Shown: positions 48,495 to 59,000 of the stretch, piece by piece
Layout of the letters: each line of letters opens with the position of its first letter
Position numbering within the stretch: position 1 is the first letter of the stretch
Assembly (NCBI GenBank): GCA_037189525.1
Contig: JBBCJC010000002.1
Location: forward strand, 194,286-258,285
Origin: Gemmatimonadales bacterium
Lineage (GTDB): Bacteria > Gemmatimonadota > Gemmatimonadetes > Gemmatimonadales > GWC2-71-9
Reading direction: 5' to 3'
Length of the DNA stretch: 64,000 nucleotides
The notes under the pieces: generated by a model
What the model was told of the DNA's origin: nothing
What the model saw: only the letters and a program-made list of their open reading frames with translations
Databases searched by the model: none
Program-made: the position numbers and the translations under genes

Positions 48495-51400
48495 GTGATC
48501 CCCTTCCCCATGACCGCAGTGGCGGGGAGCGCCTGCGTCAGTCCGGCAACGAGGTCCCGGAAATCGAACGAGGGCACGTCACGCTGGAAGTTGTGGGACA
48601 GGTACGTCATCGGGAGGAACTGACCGAGTCCCTGGAGATCGGCAGGACCGACCATGCGCAGCTGGGCGAGAGTCCCCGCTTCGCGCACCACCTCGATCAG
48701 CTCGTCGGTCGACCAAGCCGGCGCCGCCCCATTGCCTGGTACCGCGAGGAGGACCGCCTGGGAGGCGCGGCTCCCCGGCGCGTCGTAGTGGAACGCCAGA
48801 CCGGTGGTCTCGGTTGCCCCAGGAATCGTTTCGACCCACTCATCAGCCACGATACCCGCCAGGTCCGCATCGAGATCGGCGCCGGCGGGCGCATACGCCA
48901 CAATAGCCAGCCGCGCCTCACGCGGTTTCGAACCTCCGTCCGGCAGCCCCATCCAGGGCGTACCGTCCCGATGCGGGAGCTGCCAGGCCCGGAACCGCGC
49001 TGCCGGCACCACGCCGCGAACCAGCTCCTGCCCGGTGAGCAGCCGCTGCACCGGCTCGACGCCGGGTCGAACCATGCCCATCCGCTGAATCCATTCCCGA
49101 ATGACGAGCCCATCGCCCACCAGCGCGGCGCGATCGTCGTCGCTGGCCGAGAGCTCGCTCGAACCGGTTCGGAAGGCGGGCAATACGGGGAAGGCTTCGC
49201 CCAGCACAGTCCGGATCCGGGCGACATGATCCGGTTCGCCCTCGGTATCCTCCAGCTGATCCAGCGCCGCGACCGCGGGTCCCAGCACCGCGAGGGCAGC
49301 GACAGCAATCGGACGTAGCTCCGCCGCTGCACTGGGAAGAGGCGGCGGATCGAATCCGGCAGCCTTGGCCTTGGTGATGGCGCGCCGGAGCGCGGCGGCC
49401 GTGGGATTACGCGCGGCAACCACGTCCTCGAGCGCCTCGAACGCGGCGCGCGCCGCGGCCGCGATCCGATCGGCGCGGGTTCGCAGTTCGGCCACCCGAA
49501 TGCCCTCCTCGGCCGGTTGCTCTGGCAACGCGAGGTCCGTCGCCGTTGCCGTCCGGCGGCCTTGGAGTAATGCGGCCGCCCGTTGCAGCAACAGTTCGGT
49601 CGAACGGAATCCCAAGGTGCCGGCTGCTGCCCCCGTCGGCGGCCCGGCCAGCACCTCCAGCGTGGCGCCCTCACCCGCCTCGGCGAGATGTCCGGCCCAA
49701 TGCTCCCGCAACGCCGTCTCGAGCCCGCTCTGCCCGCCGGCACCCGGACTGCTCGCAGTAACCAGAAGCGAGATCGGCGACCGCTCGAGATCGGTTACAA
49801 CCGCCGAGAGTTTGGTAAGCTCCGCACCGGCCCGAACGATGCGACCGGCAAAGCGGATCTTTGCCGGCGCGCCCAGCAGCCCCGCAACCCACGCATTGAC
49901 GCGTGGCTCCGCCTGCGCCCGGGCATCCCGGAGCGCGCGCCAGCCGGCACCTTCGTCGGTCGCGGAGAGGAGGAGCAGCAGGCGGTACTGGCAATCCGAT
50001 CCGCTCCGAGTGGTCCGCGCCACAGCCAGATCGACCGCGCGCTCCTGCCGATCGAGTATCGCCAGAGCCGCCCGCGCTCCCGCTGGGCGGCCCAACACCA
50101 TCTGATGCACCGATTCCGCCACGACCAGGTCACTCACGGCATCGAAGCCGTCGTCGATGGCTGTCAGCTCCGCAGTGAGCCCGTTCCGGTCGGCCGGGGT
50201 GCTCGCGCCGAGCTTGGTCAGGACGGCCGCGGGATTGCGCCGCCACTGCTCGAGCAGGGCGACGCCATCCACCACGTCGCGCGCTGCACTCTGTTCGACC
50301 GGTCCGGTCGGCGGCGGCTCGCCGGGACTGCGAAACGGCGCCAGCTGCCGGAGCGGATAGATGAAACGCGCCAGGCGGGCATCGCGATCGCGCAACCCGC
50401 GTTCCAGCCGGTAACCGAGCAACGCCGCAAGCGATTGCCCGCGCGCAACCCCTTCGAGCAGCGTCAGACCGCGCCGAACCCGGGTCGAGGTCAGATCGAT
50501 GTTGAGGAGTTCCCGCTTCCCGTCCTCGTCATGCCGGTGCGCCAGATGGCCGCTCCGCAGGATGGCGAGCGTTTTGGCCTGCTCCAGCGACGGCGCATGG
50601 AGGTACCCCAGACTTTCCGGCTCTCGGTCGGGCCGGACATCGAAGACCCATCCGTACCCGCCGAGGTGAACCCCATCAGCCCGCTCCTTCCGCAACTCCT
50701 TGAGCCGCAGCGTGGCAAGCGACGTCACCCAGGCATCGAGACGGGTGGAAAATCCGTCCAGCACACCCCGGAACGCCCACTCCACCTCGGCTGCGGGGCG
50801 CGTCGCGAGCGCTTCCAGTGCCGATACGAACCCTGCCAGCTGGGCAACGTCCGGGTCCGCGCGCCGGCCCCGCTCGTTCAGACGGTGCGCCACATGTTCG
50901 GCGACAGTGCGCTGCCCGGTCGTTGCGGGGATGACGAGATTGGCCAGTTGATGTGGCGTCGAGACCGTGACGGCATCCCCCTGCCCGGCCGGCGCGGCGG
51001 TGAGAAACATCATCTCACCGGCACGGAGGGCGGCCCGGGTCGGCGCGGCCGTGCCTCGACGCGCCTGGTCCGCAGCAACCACGCGCGCCGCCGCCCGATC
51101 GATTTCCAGCACGGCGGCGTGAGCAACCAGCGCTTCCAGCAGGGTCGGCGCGTTCTGCCGATTCGATAGCTGCGCTCTGCCATCGGGCGCCCGAACCAGC
51201 GCCGCGATCTCGGCCAGATAGGCGAGCGGCGCGTCGTCAGGATGATCGGCCGGACGGGTCCACGGCACCGCGAGTGGGAACGACCGGGGATCGGTGGTAA
51301 AGTGCTGCAACCGCACCGGCGCCGAAAAGCCGCCCAACTGGCGTCCCACCATGCCGGCCAGCACCTGCTGCGCCGTCGCGTGAGCTTCGAGCCCGGTCAC

Positions 51401-53023
51401 GTTGGTCTGCATCTCGGGCCCGTAGACGTGCCGGAACCGCGCCCGGCTCGCCACCGGCGCCTGCTGGAGAATCCGCGCCAGCTCCGTATCGGGGTCGCGG
51501 TCGGGCCCGAGCCGAGGCACGGCGGGAAGCGCGGCATTCCAGGCAGCGCGGAGGCGCTGCAGGAGCTGATGCAGACCGCTTTCAAAAGGATCGCCGGTTT
51601 GCGAGACAAATTGACCTCGCGCCATAATGGGCAGCACCCCGTACGGTTGCGGCCCCGTCCGGAACGCCGGAATCGGCCCGCCGGGTCGCACATGCTGGAG
51701 CACGTGGCCGCGGGCCTGCGCGACCGTAGCGTCATCGAGCAGCGGGTCCATCAGCTGATCGAGATAGTAACCCGCGGTGGCCTCCCAGACCGCCGTGAGC
51801 ACGAGGCCGGCGGTGGCCTCTTCGCTCGATGACGCGCGTGTGGCGTGCTCGAGCCCGGCCTTACCTGCCGGCAATCCCAGAGCGGTTTCGAGCACCCGCG
51901 CTGCCGAGCTGGCGCCCAGCTTGGGCAAAGGCGCCGCCGGATCGAACGCAGCCGTCAGGTCGGCATCTTCCGGGGACCCGGCCCGCGCCGCTTCGGTCGA
52001 GTTGGTTGGCGTCCCGGCCGCCGGAAAACCGAACCCATCGGCATGTACGTGTCCGCGGAAGAGATCGGCCAGGTCGGTTGCAGCCTGCTCCGGTGTTTGC
52101 GTCCAGTCCACCCCGACCACCAGCAGCTGATCGAAACCGAGTTGCAGGGGTCGGCTGTCGAGCATATCAGCCGCTTCAATCGTGACGGCGAGCCCCTGCG
52201 CAACGGCAGCGGCGTAATCCACCATCCAGCGAGCCGCAGGATCGAGCGGCAGACCCTCGTCTGGAGTGACGGCCTCCTCGGTGTCGTCCGAGTCAGCCAC
52301 CGGATCGACAGCCAGACCGACAGCGACCGAATCGGGCACATGCTCGCCCCATTTCCGGGCCGCCACCTTGACGCCGCGTAGACCGACGATCAGCCATCGA
52401 TCCGGCAGCGCACGAGCATGGGCACCCTCGCGCCAGGCCGCGTCGCGCAGCGTCGGATCAGGAAACGCCGGCTCCGCAGACGTACCAGCCGCCTCCTGGT
52501 TCGTCGGCGCCGTCGCATCGGCGACCCAGCGCGCTCGCCGCGGACCGAGCATGCGGGCCAGTTCCTGCCACGCCGCCGTCGTTCGGTCCCTTTCGCCGGC
52601 CCAACGCTGAGTCCAGTACCATCGCCCCGCGTCCACTTCGGCCTGGGTCAGCGCGGGCTCATGCTGATCGACATGAATCTGATCAGGAAAGATCCGGACC
52701 CGGAGCGCCTTTCGGTCGGCGGTGAATCGGGTCTCCAGTCGCACCGGCAGGAGCGCGATCGGATAGCCGGCTGCGAGCCCCGCCACCAGTTCGTCGGCGC
52801 CGCGGTCGCCCTCCATTTCGTTACTGAGTTCGCGAATCCTGTCGCGGATCGCATCGAGCCGGCTCCGTCGGGTGACCACGTCGCGCGCGAGCGTCGCCAC
52901 TCGGGACGGGGCCGCCGAGCGCTCGGCCGCGCTCAGAAGCCGCGCCGCGCGGGCCAGCGCCGCTTCCGCGTCGGCCAGGTCGGCGCGGGCCCGCTCGAGT
53001 TTGGTGAGTCGCGAGTCGGGCAT
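48491..53023 (-). CDS. Hypothetical 1510-aa protein, fourth gene of the giant-protein operon
   Basis: ATG 53023 lies 2 nt after the upstream stop; the track start at 53212 would overlap the previous gene by 187 nt. It has an N-terminal coiled-coil-like stretch (LTKLERARADLADAEAALARAARLL...) followed by LLPVRLETRF...RIFPDQIHVDQHEPALT. No P-loop is seen. Confidence 0.8.
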   Translation of the reverse strand: MPDSRLTKLERARADLADAEAALARAARLLSAAERSAAPSRVATLARDVVTRRSRLDAIRDRIRELSNEMEGDRGADELVAGLAAGYPIALLPVRLETRFTADRKALRVRIFPDQIHVDQHEPALTQAEVDAGRWYWTQRWAGERDRTTAAWQELARMLGPRRARWVADATAPTNQEAAGTSAEPAFPDPTLRDAAWREGAHARALPDRWLIVGLRGVKVAARKWGEHVPDSVAVGLAVDPVADSDDTEEAVTPDEGLPLDPAARWMVDYAAAVAQGLAVTIEAADMLDSRPLQLGFDQLLVVGVDWTQTPEQAATDLADLFRGHVHADGFGFPAAGTPTNSTEAARAGSPEDADLTAAFDPAAPLPKLGASSAARVLETALGLPAGKAGLEHATRASSSEEATAGLVLTAVWEATAGYYLDQLMDPLLDDATVAQARGHVLQHVRPGGPIPAFRTGPQPYGVLPIMARGQFVSQTGDPFESGLHQLLQRLRAAWNAALPAVPRLGPDRDPDTELARILQQAPVASRARFRHVYGPEMQTNVTGLEAHATAQQVLAGMVGRQLGGFSAPVRLQHFTTDPRSFPLAVPWTRPADHPDDAPLAYLAEIAALVRAPDGRAQLSNRQNAPTLLEALVAHAAVLEIDRAAARVVAADQARRGTAAPTRAALRAGEMMFLTAAPAGQGDAVTVSTPHQLANLVIPATTGQRTVAEHVAHRLNERGRRADPDVAQLAGFVSALEALATRPAAEVEWAFRGVLDGFSTRLDAWVTSLATLRLKELRKERADGVHLGGYGWVFDVRPDREPESLGYLHAPSLEQAKTLAILRSGHLAHRHDEDGKRELLNIDLTSTRVRRGLTLLEGVARGQSLAALLGYRLERGLRDRDARLARFIYPLRQLAPFRSPGEPPPTGPVEQSAARDVVDGVALLEQWRRNPAAVLTKLGASTPADRNGLTAELTAIDDGFDAVSDLVVAESVHQMVLGRPAGARAALAILDRQERAVDLAVARTTRSGSDCQYRLLLLLSATDEGAGWRALRDARAQAEPRVNAWVAGLLGAPAKIRFAGRIVRAGAELTKLSAVVTDLERSPISLLVTASSPGAGGQSGLETALREHWAGHLAEAGEGATLEVLAGPPTGAAAGTLGFRSTELLLQRAAALLQGRRTATATDLALPEQPAEEGIRVAELRTRADRIAAAARAAFEALEDVVAARNPTAAALRRAITKAKAAGFDPPPLPSAAAELRPIAVAALAVLGPAVAALDQLEDTEGEPDHVARIRTVLGEAFPVLPAFRTGSSELSASDDDRAALVGDGLVIREWIQRMGMVRPGVEPVQRLLTGQELVRGVVPAARFRAWQLPHRDGTPWMGLPDGGSKPREARLAIVAYAPAGADLDADLAGIVADEWVETIPGATETTGLAFHYDAPGSRASQAVLLAVPGNGAAPAWSTDELIEVVREAGTLAQLRMVGPADLQGLGQFLPMTYLSHNFQRDVPSFDFRDLVAGLTQALPATAVMGKGIT

Positions 53024-53025
53024 CG

Positions 53026-56007
53026 TCAGCCGATCAGGTGTGAGGCGTGGATGGCCACCCGGGCCGGCTGCTGCAGCATCAGCGCCGCCTGGTGCGCAGC
53101 GTTCTGCCCGAACTGCGCCGTGCCCGCCGTATGACCCTGCAACGGGTTCTGGTCGAGCACCAGATAGCGACCGGGTCCGGTGCCGGCATCGAGCCACGTC
53201 GCGCCGCGCCATTCCGCGGGCAGCGCGGCAATCGCTCGGGGTCCCGGTTCATCGAATCCGAACCGCGGTTCGGTAGGCTGCTCCTGGATCACGAAGAAGA
53301 ACCCATCACCCGCCACCGCCTCTTCGTCCGTCAGGTCGAAGCCCGCAAACGCGAGATCGGGTTCCAGCCGGCCGGTGAAGACGGGAGCCCGCAGGTCGTC
53401 GCCCGTCGGGTTCCGCTTGAGCCGGCCCGCCGCGGCGCGCCAGGCGTAGAGCACGGCATTCGGATACCGCGACAGGAGCCGGCCGCGCACCAGCAGCACC
53501 AGCTGCCCGCCAACCGACACGCCGCTATGACTGCCTAACACAGAGTTGTCTCGCCAGCGATGGATCGGTTCGATATCGGGCCGGCCGTCGATGCGGTCCC
53601 AGAAGTACCGGAGCGCGGTAGCTCGGCCATCACTCGGGAAGCGGCGCCAGAGCAGCTCGCCATTGAGCTCGGTGTTTGCGCCGGCAAGGAATGCCTCGAT
53701 GAACCGCGGATTGGTTTCGAGCAGCGTGATGGCGTTCGGCGGAATCCCGTCCGCCCCCGGCAGGAACCGGTTCCGATCGGTCTCGGCCAACAGCCGATAG
53801 AGCGGCGTCTCGATCACCGGCGCGGCCATCACCCGGTCGAGCGTCTCCGGCACCCGGATGGCCTCCATCCCGGCAAGATCGAGTTGCCCGGCAACCGAGA
53901 CCATGGCCCGGATCCGCTTCGGCACCGTCACCGCGGGATCCGTCGCCGATCGGACATCCGCAGCCAGCGCTGAGAGCTCGAGCGGCACCAGCGGCGCCCG
54001 GGGCGTCGCGACATCGACATGGAGCACCTCGAACGTCTGCGCCCGCGCCGTCTCGAACCGCCGCACTGCGGCCGCAGCCTTCACCAGCCCCTCGACCGGA
54101 GCAGTGGTCCGACCGAGTCGTCCGCCACGCGCTACCCGGAACGGGCCACCGGAGGTCGTACCGGTCGTCCGCGTCAGGATCACGGTCCCATCGGTGCGGA
54201 GCGCGGCATCGAGCGCAGCCCGGGTAACCACACCCTCGGCGCCAAGATCGCTGCGTGCGGCCAGGACGGGATTCTGTGCCCGCGTACCGGTCAGCGCTCG
54301 CGCCGACGTGCGCAGCAAGGCAAGCTCGTCCCGGTCGACCTCCAACGCGAGCCCAAACGCGGCGAGCGACACCTTCGAGGTTCCCATCGGCTCCGGCACG
54401 GCGGCATTCAGCGCGACGCTGCCCAGGATACCATCGGGCACGAACCCCGCCGGATCGACACCGCTCCAGCCGGCGGCAAACATGGCAACCATCTTGGTCC
54501 GCGCCGGCGCTCGGCTGCCGGTGCGCCGAGCCAGGCGTTTCAGAATCGGACTCTGGCCGCTGGTGAGGCGCCGCATGGCCGCCCCGACCGCCGCATCGGG
54601 CACGCTGCTGCCCGCGATACGCCGTCGCGCAACCGCCCCCGCCGATCGCACCCGATCGAGCAGTGGCGCCGCAACCGTCGCGAGTCGATCCGGATCCAGC
54701 GGCGCCAAATGCCGTGTGTGCAGCTTGCGCAACCCTTCGAATGCCAGTCGTCCGCGGCTCAGGAGTTCGTTGGCCTTCAGGATATCGCCGACCTGATCCC
54801 AGCAGACCCGCATGAAGTCTTCCTGATACGTCCGCACCACCTGCGCACCGAGGCCCGCTGCCACCCGGGCCCGCGGATCGAGATTGAGTGCGCGGAACCA
54901 GGGCGGCGCGTCATCCGGCACCAGATAGCGCCGAGCATGCTCCGCCGCGTAGAGCGGGGGCGCCAGCGCTCGGGTACGCGCCTCGCCGTCATCGGCGGCG
55001 CGCAGCCGTTCCGGCGCCTCGACGATGTCCCGGAGCCAGGTCTGGAACGCTTCCGCAATCTCCTCCAGCGCCGGCGGCCGGCCGCTCGGCGCCCGCAGTA
55101 CGCCGTCGAGCGTGGTCATCGCGTCGGCCGGCGTCAGGGTGAGCCCCGGCACGTCCGGCGCCGCAGCGCCCAAATACATCGGCTCCGCACCAACCGTGGC
55201 GGGGTCAGATTGCATCGGCCGAAGTTCCCGCGCCAGCGACTCGAAGTCTCCGCCGGGACCGGTCGCAAACTCCCAGTGGTAGTACACCGGCAGCACCAGA
55301 TCGCTGGACTGGTTCGCGTCCCACGCCGGGGCCAACGTGGCGTTGGCATCGGGAGGATTACCCACGCCGCGCAGCCGTCCCACCTCGAACGCCGGAACCA
55401 GACACGCGGCATACCGCCGCCCGGCCACGAGTCGGCGCGGGCAGACCAGTCGCGACACGTTCCGCTCCGGCCGCTCGGCCAATTCGCCGGCGAGTGCCGC
55501 GGGCGCCGTCGCCTCGGTCAGCAGCTGCGCATGGGCCCAGGCCCAGCTTTCGGCCAGATCCGGCAGTTCCGTGGCGACCGCCTCGCGAGGCACGATCACG
55601 ATCGGGAGCGGCGCCCCCCGCGGCAACGTCGGCGCAGCGACCACCTCCAAATCGACCACGACCAGCACACACCAAGGCTTCAGTTGCTCCGAGCCGTCCG
55701 GTCGCGCCGGCGTGAACAACCAGGGAAAGTCCGGCGGATCGAACTCGATCGCCGCGCAGTAGTTGGGTTCGGCGTCCGTACTCCCCCGCGCCGGGTCGGT
55801 GCGCACGATGAGCCGGGGATCGACGCCCAGCACGTCACCGGGGCCGATGAGTTCCAGGTTGATCTGATGCTCGCCGAGATTGGAGACGGTGAGCGCTACC
55901 CCCACGCGAGCCCGGGCCGGCAGCGGCGTGGTACCGTCGTCGACAGCCTCGACCTCCGCGACCAGGCCGCGTCGGGTCCAGGGCAGAAATCGATAGGCAT
56001 CGGCCAT
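53026..56007 (-). CDS. Hypothetical 993-aa protein, third gene of the giant-protein operon
   Basis: ATG lies 2 nt after the upstream stop and is preceded by GGAGGAGG. Landmarks are MADAYRFLPWTRRGL, EPNYCAAIEFDPPDFPWLFTPA, LLETNPRFIEAFLAGANTELNGELLWRRFPSDGRATALRYFWD and FFFVIQEQPTEPRFGFDEP. Confidence 0.8.
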   Translation of the reverse strand: MADAYRFLPWTRRGLVAEVEAVDDGTTPLPARARVGVALTVSNLGEHQINLELIGPGDVLGVDPRLIVRTDPARGSTDAEPNYCAAIEFDPPDFPWLFTPARPDGSEQLKPWCVLVVVDLEVVAAPTLPRGAPLPIVIVPREAVATELPDLAESWAWAHAQLLTEATAPAALAGELAERPERNVSRLVCPRRLVAGRRYAACLVPAFEVGRLRGVGNPPDANATLAPAWDANQSSDLVLPVYYHWEFATGPGGDFESLARELRPMQSDPATVGAEPMYLGAAAPDVPGLTLTPADAMTTLDGVLRAPSGRPPALEEIAEAFQTWLRDIVEAPERLRAADDGEARTRALAPPLYAAEHARRYLVPDDAPPWFRALNLDPRARVAAGLGAQVVRTYQEDFMRVCWDQVGDILKANELLSRGRLAFEGLRKLHTRHLAPLDPDRLATVAAPLLDRVRSAGAVARRRIAGSSVPDAAVGAAMRRLTSGQSPILKRLARRTGSRAPARTKMVAMFAAGWSGVDPAGFVPDGILGSVALNAAVPEPMGTSKVSLAAFGLALEVDRDELALLRTSARALTGTRAQNPVLAARSDLGAEGVVTRAALDAALRTDGTVILTRTTGTTSGGPFRVARGGRLGRTTAPVEGLVKAAAAVRRFETARAQTFEVLHVDVATPRAPLVPLELSALAADVRSATDPAVTVPKRIRAMVSVAGQLDLAGMEAIRVPETLDRVMAAPVIETPLYRLLAETDRNRFLPGADGIPPNAITLLETNPRFIEAFLAGANTELNGELLWRRFPSDGRATALRYFWDRIDGRPDIEPIHRWRDNSVLGSHSGVSVGGQLVLLVRGRLLSRYPNAVLYAWRAAAGRLKRNPTGDDLRAPVFTGRLEPDLAFAGFDLTDEEAVAGDGFFFVIQEQPTEPRFGFDEPGPRAIAALPAEWRGATWLDAGTGPGRYLVLDQNPLQGHTAGTAQFGQNAAHQAALMLQQPARVAIHASHLIG

Positions 56008-56009
56008 GG

Positions 56010-59000
56010 TCAGGCCTCCTCCTGCTGCTCGACGACACGGAGCGCCGCCCGATCGGCCCGCGCACCGAGCGCAGCCTGCGCCAGGCTCACCGACCGGATC
56101 CCTGCATCGGACAGCACCACGGCCTCGGCCGGCGCATTGAGAGTCTCCGCCGACACCACCGCGAGCGCCGGTGCCGTCACCGCGAGGCGGGGGGCAACCG
56201 CCGGACCGCCGAGCTCGCTTCGGATCGGCGAACGCGCCACGGCGCCCGCTTTGGCCTGCCAGTTCACCGTCGCCGTCGACAAGGCGCCAAGCTCTGCCAG
56301 CTCCGCACGCAGCCAGGCCCTCGGCCGAGTCGGCTCCTGGACGCCGGAGAGATCGAGATAGAACGTTTCGTAGTCGAGGTCGCCCGACACGGCGGGACCG
56401 GCCGAGAATCCCGGGCTGCCCACCGCGACACCCGCCGGGAGCGGTTCGAACGACGGCAGAGACAATTGTTCCTCGGGCGAAACATCGAAGAAGTGGCTCC
56501 GCGCAAACGACTCGGTCACCACCGGCGGTTCCTGCAGCACTCGGCTCCCGATTCGCAACCCGGCCAGATCGAACCGATTGGCGCCCTGGACGGCAGTTTC
56601 GCCGAATCGCTGAAGCGTCAGGTTGAACGGCACCACGCGCTGGGTGAACGACAGCGCGGCAAGCGGATGCGCCGGCACGGCATCGGGCGTCGCCCCGCTC
56701 GCGAGCGTCGCCAGCTCATCGGCGCCCGCGGGAAGCGCGGCCCGCCAGTTTCCGGGATCCCGTAACGACTCGGCCAGCAGCCCAGCCACGTCCGTACTCC
56801 CGTCGAGCGCCGGGGGCGCCGCCTCGCCCCAGTCGATGTCGAACGATTTACTAATGTCCCACCAGAGGATCTCGAACGTCGCCGTGCCCCAGAGCCGCCA
56901 GTAGCCGGGGCCCTGCAGCGTAGCCGCGACGTCGACCCCGGCGAGTGAACGCCCTTTATAGGTGACCCGCGCCACGATCACGACCTTGAGCACGAACATG
57001 TCGCGGGTGAACAGACCATCGACCTCGAGCTTGCCCTCGAGTCCCACCGGACCAAGCTTGGCCTTGGCCGACCCCTTGAAACCGATCTGGAACGAGTTGG
57101 AGGTGACGGCCAGGTAACCCGAGATCTCGATCGTGAATCCGCCCCGCTTGATGGGCGAGATGCCGAGCCGGGCCAGCGACGACGGCATCCCGGGCGGGAG
57201 ATCCTTGAAGTCGGGATGGAAGCCGCCGAACGCGAGCAGGAACGCGCTCGTTTCGCCCCAGTCGATGCGCAGCAGGAAGGAGCCCTGGAGACTGAGCCCG
57301 CCGATCTTCGAGTCGCGCAACTGGGCCAGGAGCCCGAACTGCTTCGCCACCAGATCGAGGTGGCCGAGCACGTCGACCTTGAGCTGCAGGATCGGCTTGG
57401 CGGGCGGCTCCGGCTTCACCACACTCACCGTGCCGAAGAGGACGAGCCGCGCCAGTTTGATCTCCTGCTCACCTGGCAGAGCCCCGTCGATCTGCGCAAT
57501 GATGCCGAGCCGGGCCGTCACCAGCTTCTTCGAGAGATAGCGAATCTCCACGAACGGCCCGACCGTGAGGCTTTCCGCGCTCACCGGGAACGCCGTTCGG
57601 AGCCGCGGCAGGATCCGGGGCGCGTCGGCCACCGGATCTTTCGGGAAGAGAATGTCGTCCAGTACCCCGCTCTTGAGACCGGCCTGGAGCGCGGGAACGT
57701 CCGCGCCGTGATTCAGACCGATCATCCCGCCCACGCCGTTCAGCGTGAGCCCCCAGAAGAGGGGATATCCCTTATCCCACTGTACGAAGAGGAGAAACAG
57801 CACCGACCATGTAGTGCGCTCCTCACCAACCGGCGCCTTGGTCGAAATGATGACCAGCGCCTTGAGCTGCGGCTTGACGAACTTGATGTCGAGCACGCCC
57901 GCGTACTCGCCCGCTGCGGGATCCCACCAGAGGAAGCCGCCGCCCTTGATCGGTCCCTTGGTAATCGAGAGCCCAAGTCCTTTGGGCGACAGGAACCCGG
58001 CATCGTAGCCGAGCCCACCGATCCGATGCGCGGGCGTCTCGTCGTCCTCGTCGCCGATCAGCGCGAGGTCGAGGCGGAAGCCGGCCCGGTCCACCACCGC
58101 GGTGAACGGACCAAGCGGGAAGGCGATCCCCGCCGCCAGCGTCAGGGCCAGGCTCCTGGGCCCCTTTCCCTTTTCGAGGCCGAGTTCGAGATAATGGAGA
58201 CTGAACCGCCCCTTCGAGGTGGCGACCGGCAGCCGCACCACGAAGCGAGTTCCACCCTCCAGATGCACACCGGTCGACGAGTCCAGCACCAGCGCCGTCG
58301 AGAATGTGCTCCGCACTTCGGCGCCCGACAGGTTCTTGAGCAGGCCGTCACTCTCGCCGAAAGCCAGCACCAGGGTCGCTTCTTCCGCACCGAGGCGGAG
58401 GCGCGCACCGTCGGAACTGGCCTCACTGGCGACGCTGAGCCGGTTGATCTCGATCCGGCTCCCGGTCTTCGAACCGATCCGGAAAGCTTTGTCCCGTCCT
58501 TGGCTCCAACGAACGCGAAGCTGCGCCTGCGGATTGGTCCCGGCCCGAAAGCCGACTGGCGACACCAGCAGATTGAGGGCGTCGGCCAGCGCCGTCTGCA
58601 CCACGAACCGATGCTCGCCGGTGCCGACGTCGAACCCGACGCTCCCGCTCAGCGAAACGACCGCGCCTCCGCCATGACTGCCGGGAATGGGCACGATCGT
58701 GAGGCCGACGGCCAGTTCCGGATTGTCCAGGTCGTGCAGCACGAGGGTCCCGGCTCGGCCGGTGGCCAGATCCGCGAGTGGCGTGGGCGAGTCGGGCTCG
58801 GGATCCCACCCGTAGTGAACCCGGAGCCCCAGACCGAGCTTCTTGAGCGGCTCCTCGAACCGCGGCGCAAGCTTCCACAGCCCGATGCCCGTCAGGGCTG
58901 CCCACCAGTCGAGACGAGGGCTGTCGCTTTCCACATCCGTGAACGCGGTGAGCAGCCGGTTGAGCGCCAGCTGCTTTACGGCTTCGGGGTCTTCCGTCAG

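Noticed and set aside
53024-53212. N-terminal extensions in the ORF track: here, plus 13085..13585, 18425..18877, 3877..4158, 30794..31216, 30989..31156, 44136..44162, 44174..44254 and 20478..20498.
   Set aside because: The extensions are Arg/Pro/Gly-rich, overlap upstream genes or structured elements, and often begin at TTG/GTG. Internal ATG/GTG starts give coupled junctions, SD sequences or signal peptides and match family N-termini.
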